Shown here in pieces: positions 1 to 7,556 of a stretch of 52,547 nucleotides of DNA. Within the stretch, counting starts at the first letter, position 1. Every line of letters starts with the position of its first letter. The stretch comes from an archaeon (GTDB lineage: Archaea > Thermoproteota > Thermoprotei > Thermofilales > JAPDKD01). A program made the translations under genes and the position numbers. The stretch covers positions 1 to 52,547 of the forward strand of contig JAPDKD010000002.1 of NCBI GenBank assembly GCA_029258735.1, written 5' to 3'. The notes beneath the pieces were generated by a model. That model worked only from the letters and a program-made list of their open reading frames with translations, was not told where the DNA came from and searched no databases.

Positions 1-153
1 GTGGAAGGTGTCTTGAAGGTTGCCCATTTCGTCTCTTGTTACGACATTTTTTATGGTTAATATGTATCCGTTAGCGTAAGCGAGCGATGCTAGAAATACA
101 GCGACTATAAGAGCCATGAACGTGATTTTTATGAATGGATACTTTTTAGCCAT
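1..153 (-). CDS. Partial CDS (first 51 codons; continues past window start): hypothetical protein with hydrophobic N-terminal signal/anchor
   Basis: Reverse strand has ATG at 153..151 and stays open to the window edge. My translation is MAKKYPFIKITFMALIVAVFLASLAYANGYILTIKNVVTRDEMGNLQDTFH. It is shorter than the 60-aa cut-off of the supplied ORF track. Confidence 0.4.
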   Translation of the reverse strand, partial: MAKKYPFIKITFMALIVAVFLASLAYANGYILTIKNVVTRDEMGNLQDTFH

Positions 154-306
154 AATCTCCCCTCTTTTTGGTAGACATTTTAATCTTGCAGTTCGTAGTA
201 ATAAGCTTTTTTTCTTTTAATAATTAGAATATTTATTATTGACCTGGTCCTATTATGTTTTATTAGCATAAAATAGATTTTTTGATTTTTGTTGAAAACC
301 TTTATC

Positions 307-750
307 TCAATGTTTGGTCACGTATATTTGTACTTGGTTGAGCGGAGTTTGGCTGCTTGGTAGTGTAGCTACTACCTTATATGTGCCTGGGGTGATATGT
401 TCGGGTAGCTGGGATATTACTGTCGTGCATTTTCTTCCTTCCATGTTTAGCAGGATGCTTGCGATAGTTTTGCCTTCTTTGTTAAGTATTTTTACTTGGA
501 ACTTGTCTGACAGTGCTTTTGAGGCTTCGTCTTTGTAGCATATTGTTATGTGGAGTTCTTCTCCTACGGTGTATACGTATTTTTTTAGGCGTATTTCGAT
601 CGGCTGCTTAACAAATATTTGAAGGATGTTTTGGTAGTTGACTGCAACGTAAGCTGTAAGTATTATGATGGCGGTTAACGCGGCCAACTTTAGAGGTGTT
701 ATCTCTATTTCGATTACTATTTCCTCCTCATCTCTGGTTCTATTCTCCAA
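307..750 (-). CDS. Hypothetical single-pass membrane-anchored protein (acidic N-terminus, one TM helix, beta-rich ectodomain)
   Basis: 147-aa ORF with a TTG start. The TM segment is LKLAALTAIIILTAYVAV. No family recognised. Confidence 0.5.
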   Translation of the reverse strand: MENRTRDEEEIVIEIEITPLKLAALTAIIILTAYVAVNYQNILQIFVKQPIEIRLKKYVYTVGEELHITICYKDEASKALSDKFQVKILNKEGKTIASILLNMEGRKCTTVISQLPEHITPGTYKVVATLPSSQTPLNQVQIYVTKH

Positions 751-958
751 AGTTTCTCACAGTGTTTACTTGCTTATGTGCTTTAATTTTTTAGGCTTTA
801 ATAATGTATGCTTGCGCCTTGATTTATTATTGTTTAACTTTTTTGCTTTGTCTTTATTCATAGAAGGCTTAATTTATCGTTGAAGCGGGAAGATTAGGTT
901 TGACATTTTAAATAATGTTTTTAAGAAGTTTGTTTGAAGTATTTATTGAGGTGTCGTT

Positions 959-1711
959 TTGCCGAGTAGGGCTGTTGAGGCAATGCTTTTGCTTACTCTC
1001 GGCTTAGCGGCTACTATTGTGGCTTACGCTACTTTTCACGCTTATTTGTCTCCTATGCGTGCTCCGAGGCTTGACGTGGTAAAGGCTAATATTGAAAGTT
1101 TGGCTAAGATTTTAGATAGGGAGCATGGGAAGTTCAAGTCTTTGACTCTTTACAAGTTTAAGTCTGAAGGGGTTCCTTGCACTTTAAATCTTAAGCTTTA
1201 CGATTCTAAGGGTCGTGAGTTAGTGGATGTAACTTATCATTTCTTTTTGCCTCTTGTCAACACGACTATTGATGCTAGGCCTGATACGCGCCTTCTTCTT
1301 CGAGGGGGCTTACTTCCATATGCTAATACTTCGGCTTCGACTGTGGTCATGGTTTACGGGGATGTCGTTGAGATTATGCCTAGGCCTGTAATTCAAGTAG
1401 AGGATTGCAGCTATTATAGCTATCAGTGCAGGTATGTTCATATAATTTTTCCGGTGTTAAAGCTGGAGAGAGCCGGTAAGATTTATGGCGAGGTAGCTGT
1501 GGGGAAGAATCAAATCGTAGATTTTTACCTTAATCGTAGTATTACTCCTCCCGCAGTCACGTGGTACGGGCAGAAGCTCGTTATTCATGTTGAAGTGGAT
1601 AAGGAGGACATTTTCGGTAACAAGATGGCTGAGGATCTAATTATTGATTTGGGTGTTGAGGGGGTTTTTAAGGTATGCTATAGTTTTAATGAGATAGTGT
1701 TAAAGTCGTGA
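959..1711 (+). CDS. Hypothetical secreted/pilin-like protein with possible class III (type IV pilin-like) signal peptide
   Basis: 250-aa ORF with a TTG start, preceded by GAGGTG (948-953) five nt upstream. The N-terminus MPSRAVEAMLLLTLGLAATIVAYA resembles the archaeal class III pattern (short charged leader, then x-x-E-x-hydrophobic LLL helix). The rest of the protein is beta-rich. Confidence 0.55.
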   Translation: MPSRAVEAMLLLTLGLAATIVAYATFHAYLSPMRAPRLDVVKANIESLAKILDREHGKFKSLTLYKFKSEGVPCTLNLKLYDSKGRELVDVTYHFFLPLVNTTIDARPDTRLLLRGGLLPYANTSASTVVMVYGDVVEIMPRPVIQVEDCSYYSYQCRYVHIIFPVLKLERAGKIYGEVAVGKNQIVDFYLNRSITPPAVTWYGQKLVIHVEVDKEDIFGNKMAEDLIIDLGVEGVFKVCYSFNEIVLKS

Positions 1712-1877
1712 TTTGAAGGAATAGTGAGGAATGTTTACTGTGGTTTTTGTTTCCTGTAATTTTTTGCTCTCGCATTTTTCTTTCTGCTTCTGATGGCTCT
1801 GGCTGTTAGGAACCAGTAAAAAGCTTCAAAGCTTAAGCCCGCATAAAGCTGGGGCCGGGGCAAGGCGCGTGTTTTAT

Positions 1878-1992
1878 GGGCCCAGAGCCCGACACATAAA
1901 CTGCCCAAAGCCCGCGGCAACCGTGATTCCAGGAACCTGGGCCCAAGAGCCCGAACAGGAAAATGCGGGAAGCCGCGGGCAACCCCGGCCCC
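1878..1992 (+). repeat. Two imperfect tandem ~61-nt units in the IS leader, enclosed by a 10-bp inverted repeat
   Basis: GGGCCCAGAGCCCGACA (1878-1894) matches GGGCCCAAGAGCCCGAACA (1939-1957). GCCCGCGGCAACC (1910-1922) matches GCCGCGGGCAACC (1972-1984). GGGGCCGGGG (1851-1860) is complementary to CCCCGGCCCC (1983-1992). Confidence 0.55.
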
Positions 1993-2006
1993 AAGTGCAT
2001 ATACGC

Positions 2007-2740
2007 ATGAAGGCTGAAAAATGCGTCGCCGGGTGCGACCTGCACAGGGACTTCGTAGCGGTAGCCTACGTATCGCTCAGAGGAGAAGCGCTGGCAGAGA
2101 AGCGCTACCCGGTCACGCTCGCAGGCATGGCGGCCCTAACCCTCGACCTCGCAGCCCTAGCTGCAGGCGCCTAGCCGTGGAAAGCGTCGGCCACTTCTGG
2201 CCCCACTTCCTCTACACCCTGCAGAAGCTCTATCACAAAGCCTGCGGCCGCAGGCTCGCAGCCCTGCTCGTAAACCCTCTCTCGACGAGGAGCTTCGGCA
2301 AGAAGACGGACACGCTCGACACCGAGCGCATAGCCAGGCTCCTGCTCGCGGGCAACCTTATCGCGAGCAACATACCCCCGACGCTCGAAGCCATGCTGTT
2401 CAAGCTCCTCTGCAGGCTCCGCCGCAGGCTGGCCCAACGCCGCTTCCCCAGCGCCAAGCACTACAAGAGCTACTGCGGCCTCGCGCCCAAGCTTAGGGAG
2501 AGCGGCGGCAAGGCCAGGCTCGGCAGGTGCGGCCTCGGCAACCCGGCGCTGCGCTGGGCCTTCTACATGACCGCCGTGGGCGCGGTGCGCAGCGACCCTG
2601 AGCTTAAGGCCTTCTACGAGAGGCTTTTGGCGAGGGGTAAGCCTAGGCGCGTCGCGTTGGTGCTGTCGCTGGTAAGCTTGCGAGGCGCTGCTGGGCTGTC
2701 CTGCGGAGCGGGGAGCCTTACAGGCGTCGCCGCTAAGTAA
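2007..2740 (+). pseudogene. IS110-family (DEDD) transposase, frameshifted and internally deleted
   Basis: - Fragment 1 (2007-2174, frame 0): MKAEKCVAGCDLHRDFVAVAYV..., carrying the GxDxH(K/R) motif.
- It continues after a stop/frameshift in the 2021..2740 ORF frame: AVESVGHFW (E-S/T-G motif), then KTDTLDTERIARLL (KTDxxDA motif).
- The sequence then jumps directly to the Transposase_20-type C-terminus YCGLAPKLRESGGK...GNPALRWAFYMTAVGAVRSDPELKAFYERLLARGKP.
- The helix-hairpin-helix middle part expected in this family appears to be missing. Confidence 0.75.
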
Positions 2741-2799
2741 GTAGGGGTTCGCTAAAAGCCGAACCCCACGGCTAACCCAGCCCACCGGCTAATGGCCGT

Positions 2800-3372
2800 T
2801 TATGTTATTTCTCGTTTTAGTTTATACGGTTTCCAGCCGTGTTTTTCGCGCCAATTGTTAATTAGTTCTATTGCTTTTTTCTTTTCTTCTACTGGCATTT
2901 TCTTCGATTTAAGTACGCCCATGAAGAGGGCAAAACATCGTGCATTTATTGTTCTACGTGAGATGCCATGCTCGAGATCTTCGTCCATCTCCTTAAGTAT
3001 TTCCTCTACTTCCTTTGCATGCGAGAGACCTTTCGGTCCCACGTCTTTTACCTGGGTGCCTAGATACACTTTGCCTTTCTCCACTACGACGTATTTGCCA
3101 TCTTCGAAGGTTATCCTGCCCTTAACTATTCGGTCGTAGAAGCGCCAAGCCTCAGCGGCTTCTGGCTTCTTTTCGTTAAGCTTGATTAGAACCATTCTCC
3201 GAATTTCGGATGTGGGTATTCCATCATAAACCCGCTTTTCAACATAGTTTGCTATTTGTTTAGCTAGCCTTTTTGAAGCGCCGGCTGCAACCATGCTATC
3301 AATTAACTTGTTTTTATCAAATTCTTCGAGCGACCCGTCAGCCTTTTTTACTTTGACCTTTTTCTCGCTCAT
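2800..3372 (-). CDS. ATP-cone domain protein with uncharacterised C-terminal domain
   Basis: N-terminus MSEKKVKVKKADGSLEEFDKNKLIDSMVAAGASKRLAKQIANYVEKRVYDGIPTSEIRRMV matches the ATP-cone pattern (V.KrdG..e.Fd..Ki...i). ATG at 3372 is preferred over the upstream ATG at 3387. Confidence 0.7.
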   Translation of the reverse strand: MSEKKVKVKKADGSLEEFDKNKLIDSMVAAGASKRLAKQIANYVEKRVYDGIPTSEIRRMVLIKLNEKKPEAAEAWRFYDRIVKGRITFEDGKYVVVEKGKVYLGTQVKDVGPKGLSHAKEVEEILKEMDEDLEHGISRRTINARCFALFMGVLKSKKMPVEEKKKAIELINNWREKHGWKPYKLKREIT

Positions 3373-3414
3373 ATGTGATAATATCAATACTAACCATTAA
3401 TTTTTTCTCTCAAA

Positions 3415-4074
3415 TTATGCGAATGAAAGTTCTTTTGCAATTCTTATTCCATAGCTGAGGGCAGTTTTTACGCCATTTATGGGTACGTTGAGTTCACTTA
3501 TTTTTGCCTGATATCTGAATTGTCTTCCAAGAACATTCAGAACTCCACTTTGAGTATTTACTAAAACAGGCGCTTTCAGACTTTTTGCTAGAGCGCCTGC
3601 AAGACTCGCTACCTTATTAGCTACCTTTTTGACCTTCTCTCCGCTTTCTAGCAGCATTTTAAGCTGGCCGGCTTCAATGTAGGCATAAATATTCATCGGA
3701 GAATAGCTTATCCGAGGAACATAAAAGTTTAAGTCAAGCAGAAAATAGTTTTTTCCTCCTCTCTTTAAATTGAGATCGAGCACTATATTTCCCTCTCTTA
3801 ACATTATTATCCATCGAGTTTCAGTAAGTTTGTGTATCGATTGAGCATAAGGTTTAATCAAAGCTTCAAGGTAACCAGCCATCCTCCTATATCTTTTAAG
3901 TCCAAAGTATATGGAAAGTAAAGCTATTATCGATATTAGAATTAGTGAAGCTCTAATAATTACAGAAAATGCGTCTCTACCAGAAATAAAAGCCGCTAGC
4001 ACAACAGCTACAACAGCTATAAATGCCAAGCTAAAAGTTTCCACAAACAGCGGCGTGCTCATCCTTTTCTGCAT
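3415..4074 (-). CDS. Hypothetical membrane protein (two N-terminal TM helices)
   Basis: 219-aa ORF with hydrophobic helices FSLAFIAVVAVVLAAFI and LILISIIALLSIYF. No family recognised. Confidence 0.5.
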   Translation of the reverse strand: MQKRMSTPLFVETFSLAFIAVVAVVLAAFISGRDAFSVIIRASLILISIIALLSIYFGLKRYRRMAGYLEALIKPYAQSIHKLTETRWIIMLREGNIVLDLNLKRGGKNYFLLDLNFYVPRISYSPMNIYAYIEAGQLKMLLESGEKVKKVANKVASLAGALAKSLKAPVLVNTQSGVLNVLGRQFRYQAKISELNVPINGVKTALSYGIRIAKELSFA

Positions 4075-4215
4075 GGCAACGTCCCTTCTATTACCTCACA
4101 GAACTATAGCATTAAACTAAAAGCCAATTATATCTCTTCCCTTACCATGTTAGCAAGGCGTACAATACTTAGAACATAAGTAGACGTAATAACTACGTCG
4201 GATAATTTAATTTCG

Positions 4216-4983
4216 ATGACTATGAAAAATCTATATAAGCACTTGCTAGTGGGCATCATAATAATAGCAGTAGCCCTAGTCATATTAAATCTTTATAAGG
4301 TTGAAAAACAAGGCATACAAAGCTCTGGCGATCTATCACCTGAAGTTAGAAGTTCACCCATCTACAACGGAACCACGCTCATAAAGGTTACAGGCATTGG
4401 CAGCATAAAAGCAAAGCCAAATACAATTTACATAAGTCTGATTATTGAGGTACAGGCTGACACTCCTGGCGAGGCGTTAAGTAAAGCAACAAGCCGAGCA
4501 AATCAGCTAATAAGTTACCTGAAGGATAAGGGAGTACAAGACCAAAACATAACGACAACAAGCGTTGCACTTACGCCAGTATACGACTACGACCAAAAAC
4601 CACCTAAAATCGTCGCATATAAGGCTTATTACTCACTTCGTGTGCGCCTCACTGACCTAAAGTTGGCAGGAGAAATCCTGGGCGACGCCATATATCATGG
4701 AGCTACAGGGTTAGGACAGATATCCTTCGGAATTTCTGAAGAAAAAAGTAAAGAGCTAAGGCTACAAGCCATAAAACTAGCCTACGAAAATGCCTTAAAA
4801 ACCGCCGAGGCTCTCGCAGAAGCCGCCGGACTAAGAATAACCGGCATAAAATCTATGAGCGTTCAAAGCGGATATACACCGCCAATATATCATACTAGGG
4901 CGGAAGCAGGATCTGTACCGTTAATGCCCGGCGAAGGACAAGTCTCTGTATCAGTATATGTTGAATTCATAGCTGAACCATAG
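4216..4983 (+). CDS. SIMPL/DUF541 (BP26-like) domain protein, membrane-anchored
   Basis: N-terminal TM helix, then the typical SIMPL layout: I.V.G.G....PN.....l.ve....t..eA......a...li..L...Gv....I.T. It ends with a late A...A...A...AeaLAeaaG motif. Confidence 0.7.
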   Translation: MTMKNLYKHLLVGIIIIAVALVILNLYKVEKQGIQSSGDLSPEVRSSPIYNGTTLIKVTGIGSIKAKPNTIYISLIIEVQADTPGEALSKATSRANQLISYLKDKGVQDQNITTTSVALTPVYDYDQKPPKIVAYKAYYSLRVRLTDLKLAGEILGDAIYHGATGLGQISFGISEEKSKELRLQAIKLAYENALKTAEALAEAAGLRITGIKSMSVQSGYTPPIYHTRAEAGSVPLMPGEGQVSVSVYVEFIAEP

Positions 4984-5015
4984 AGAATATAAAATGTTCT
5001 TTCTCATTTTTTCTT

Positions 5016-5600
5016 ATGTTTGAAGGCTTGTGGGAATCCTTTATACTGCTTTTTGTGGTCTTCGACGCCATAGGCAACGTCCCCATTTTTTATTCCCTAA
5101 CAATGAGCATGACAGCAGAAGAGCGAAATAAAGCCTTCAAAGTATCCACAATAGTAGCAGGGAGCCTGTTAGTCTTTTTCGCCCTTCTGGGATGGTCCCT
5201 ATTCTCCTTCTACGGCACGGGATTCGAGGATCTCGAAATAGCCGGAGGGCTCCTCCTATTATTCCTAGCGATCGAGGGAGTCCTAGGACGGGTAGAAGCC
5301 GAGACTCTTAGAAGCGAAGACGTAAGCATAGTCCCCATGGCAACACCTCTACTCGCCGGCCCTGGAAGCATATACACAGTTATCTACCTCAGCCAAATAT
5401 ACGGAGAAATTCAAACTTTAATATCGATCATCGCAAACACTCTGTTGGCTTTCATCATACTTAAATTCAGCGATATCATGCTGAGAAAGCTAGGAAGAAA
5501 CCTAATACTAGTCTTCTCCAGAATAATGTCCTTTGTACTAGCCGTAATTGCCGTCTCAATGTTACGCGAAGGGGTTATAACTGTGCTGAGGTCTCTATAG
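5016..5600 (+). CDS. MarC-family (UPF0056) integral membrane protein
   Basis: 194 aa with about six TM helices. The N-terminal FVVFDAIGNVPIFYSLT matches the MarC signature (D/NPxGxxPxF). Confidence 0.7.
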   Translation: MFEGLWESFILLFVVFDAIGNVPIFYSLTMSMTAEERNKAFKVSTIVAGSLLVFFALLGWSLFSFYGTGFEDLEIAGGLLLLFLAIEGVLGRVEAETLRSEDVSIVPMATPLLAGPGSIYTVIYLSQIYGEIQTLISIIANTLLAFIILKFSDIMLRKLGRNLILVFSRIMSFVLAVIAVSMLREGVITVLRSL

Positions 5601-5633
5601 CCGACACGCTAAAATAGCTAGAAAGCCTTTTTC

Positions 5634-7556
5634 TTGTGGTGCTATAATGTGAAAACCAGTTTCATTTTTGTAGTGCATTTTCACCAGCCAGTTGGACAAC
5701 TAAGCAGCGTTTTTCACCGCGTACAGCGCAACTCCTACCTGCTTCTCACTAAAATTTTCGAACGATTTCCCGAGATGAGGCTAACTCTGCACTTCTCCGG
5801 CCCCCTACTTCTGATGTGGAGAAAGCACTATCCAGGATACTTAGAGCGCCTCAAGAGGCTTATTAGCAGAGGCAATATAGAGGTGCTTGGAGGCAGCTAC
5901 TCTGAAGCTCCACTCCCTCTATTGCCTTTCGAGGATAGAGTAACACAGTTAAGAGCTGGACGGAGACTTGTGGAAGAACTTTTAGGTGCGCGTCCTAAGG
6001 GAGCTTGGCTTGCGGAGCGCATATGGGATCCCACTTTGCCAGCAGCACTGTGGGAGGCCGGATACCAATACGTCGTAGTTGACGATGAAGTGGGCTATCG
6101 CATCGGGCTAAGTGAAAAAGACGTACATCGGGCATGGCTTACCGAGTACTCAGGAAGAAGCCTTGGAGTATTTTTTATAGATGCGAGAGTCCGCTATATT
6201 CTGCCTTGGAAAAGCCCCGAAGAAGTTCTAGAATATCTTAAAAATTACGCTGATGCTGAAGGAAGCCTATACGTTTTATGGGGGAGTGATGCTGAAAAGT
6301 TCGGCGAGTGGTGGAACGCTAGTGACGCGGAGAAGTGGCTCACAAAGTTCTTCGAAATGTTGAAGAGCAATCATGCCGTAGAAACATCAACTCCTCAACG
6401 ATACTTAGCATCTAAGGGCTACAGAGGGCTCGTCTACCTGCCGCCTGGAAGCTACGATAAAATGCAGGAGTGGAGCGGGGGATACTTCCCTAACTTCCTG
6501 AGAAATTATAGGGAAAGCAACAACATGCACAAGAAAATGCTATGGGTGAGAAGGAAAATTTCTCGCCTCAGAGAGGATCATCCAGCCTACGAGGAGTATA
6601 TGCTTGGACAGTGCAACGATGCTTACTGGCACGGGCTTTTCGGAGGCATATACTTACCATTTCTGAGGCAAAGCGTGTACGAGCACTTAATACGAGCCGA
6701 GAGAATGGCTGAAGAAGCCCTTGAAGCCGAAAATGTCAGGATTGTAGAAACGGATTTTGACTATGACGGGGAGATGGAGCTTCTCCTAGAGTCTAAGCGG
6801 ATGAACGCCTACGTGAAGCCCTCCGACGGGGGAAGCCTCTTCGAGCTCGACATCAAGCTTGAAGGATACGAACATAACTTCCAAGCTACAATGTCGAGAT
6901 ACATGGAAAGCTATTTAGAAAACGTCTCGGACTTTCGCCCAGACTGGTACAGGCGAGTAAGCTTTAGAGACCACGTTTGGAGAGAAGGTGTAACCATAAA
7001 TGATTGGACCGGAAATACCCCATACATAGACACTAGCGACCTAGCCCTCGGCAGAAACATCTACTACATTAAAGAGGACGAGGTTCACGTGATGTTTACA
7101 GGTAAAGAGTGGAGCCTAAATAAGCCGCGGCTTATTTTTGTGGAGAAAACTTACAGGCTGGAGACTAACGGCTTACAGGTAAAATATAGGGTAAAAAATA
7201 TCGAAAAATCAAGCGTGCATTATCTATTCTCTACAGAGTTAACGTTTCTCCCCCGTCTTCCTGAGGAAGGAGTAAAAGTAGGATACGGCATTAATGGAGA
7301 ATATAAATGCATAGAAGACACGGCTGCGGTCGAAAAAGCAAACGAAGTATCTCTGATAACCGAAGGTTACCCGCGGCTAATCATAAAAAGTGAAGCAAGA
7401 GCCTACGTATGGGCGGCCCCGCTTCACAGCTTATCTATGACCGAAAAAGGTCCAAGAAAAATGTTTCAGGGACTCGGCATCCTTTTCAATTATCCTCTAG
7501 ACCTAGAAGCCGGGCAGGAATTTTTCAACACGTTCAATGTAGAGATTGAGGGGTGA
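5634..7556 (+). CDS. GH57-family alpha-glucan enzyme (alpha-amylase / 4-alpha-glucanotransferase type)
   Basis: GH57 hallmarks are present: FVVHFHQPVGQ, GNIEVLGGSYSEAPLPLL, GAWLAERIWDP (nucleophile region) and GSDAEKFGEWW (D-x-EKFG acid/base region). The size of ~635 aa fits. The true start may be GTG at 5649. Confidence 0.85.
   Translation: MWCYNVKTSFIFVVHFHQPVGQLSSVFHRVQRNSYLLLTKIFERFPEMRLTLHFSGPLLLMWRKHYPGYLERLKRLISRGNIEVLGGSYSEAPLPLLPFEDRVTQLRAGRRLVEELLGARPKGAWLAERIWDPTLPAALWEAGYQYVVVDDEVGYRIGLSEKDVHRAWLTEYSGRSLGVFFIDARVRYILPWKSPEEVLEYLKNYADAEGSLYVLWGSDAEKFGEWWNASDAEKWLTKFFEMLKSNHAVETSTPQRYLASKGYRGLVYLPPGSYDKMQEWSGGYFPNFLRNYRESNNMHKKMLWVRRKISRLREDHPAYEEYMLGQCNDAYWHGLFGGIYLPFLRQSVYEHLIRAERMAEEALEAENVRIVETDFDYDGEMELLLESKRMNAYVKPSDGGSLFELDIKLEGYEHNFQATMSRYMESYLENVSDFRPDWYRRVSFRDHVWREGVTINDWTGNTPYIDTSDLALGRNIYYIKEDEVHVMFTGKEWSLNKPRLIFVEKTYRLETNGLQVKYRVKNIEKSSVHYLFSTELTFLPRLPEEGVKVGYGINGEYKCIEDTAAVEKANEVSLITEGYPRLIIKSEARAYVWAAPLHSLSMTEKGPRKMFQGLGILFNYPLDLEAGQEFFNTFNVEIEG

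Larger units (their letters stand above)
1835..2795 (+). mobile_element. Decayed IS110-family insertion sequence (high-GC island)
   Basis: Composition jumps sharply from AT-rich flanks to a very GC-rich stretch at about 1835 and drops back at about 2795. The island holds IS110-type DEDD transposase fragments and a structured GC-rich leader. No terminal inverted repeats are seen, as is typical for IS110. A GGGGTTCG..CGAACCCC hairpin lies at 2744-2768 near the 3' end. Confidence 0.75.

Noticed and set aside
1735-1920. 61-aa minus-strand ORF crossing the left IS boundary (basic tail ...FYWFLTARAIRSRKKNARAKNYRKQKPQ)
   Set aside because: Its N-terminal half lies in IS-derived GC-rich DNA and its C-terminal half in host AT-rich DNA, so it is a chimeric chance frame. 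It could be the remnant 3' end of a gene destroyed by the insertion. However, no matching 5' part exists on the other side, where the ATP-cone gene ends at 2800.
2171-2785. 204-aa minus-strand ORF across the high-GC island
   Set aside because: It is a typical stop-poor shadow frame of GC-rich DNA, with an Ala/Arg/Gly/Pro-rich low-complexity product. The opposite strand carries recognisable IS110 transposase motifs.
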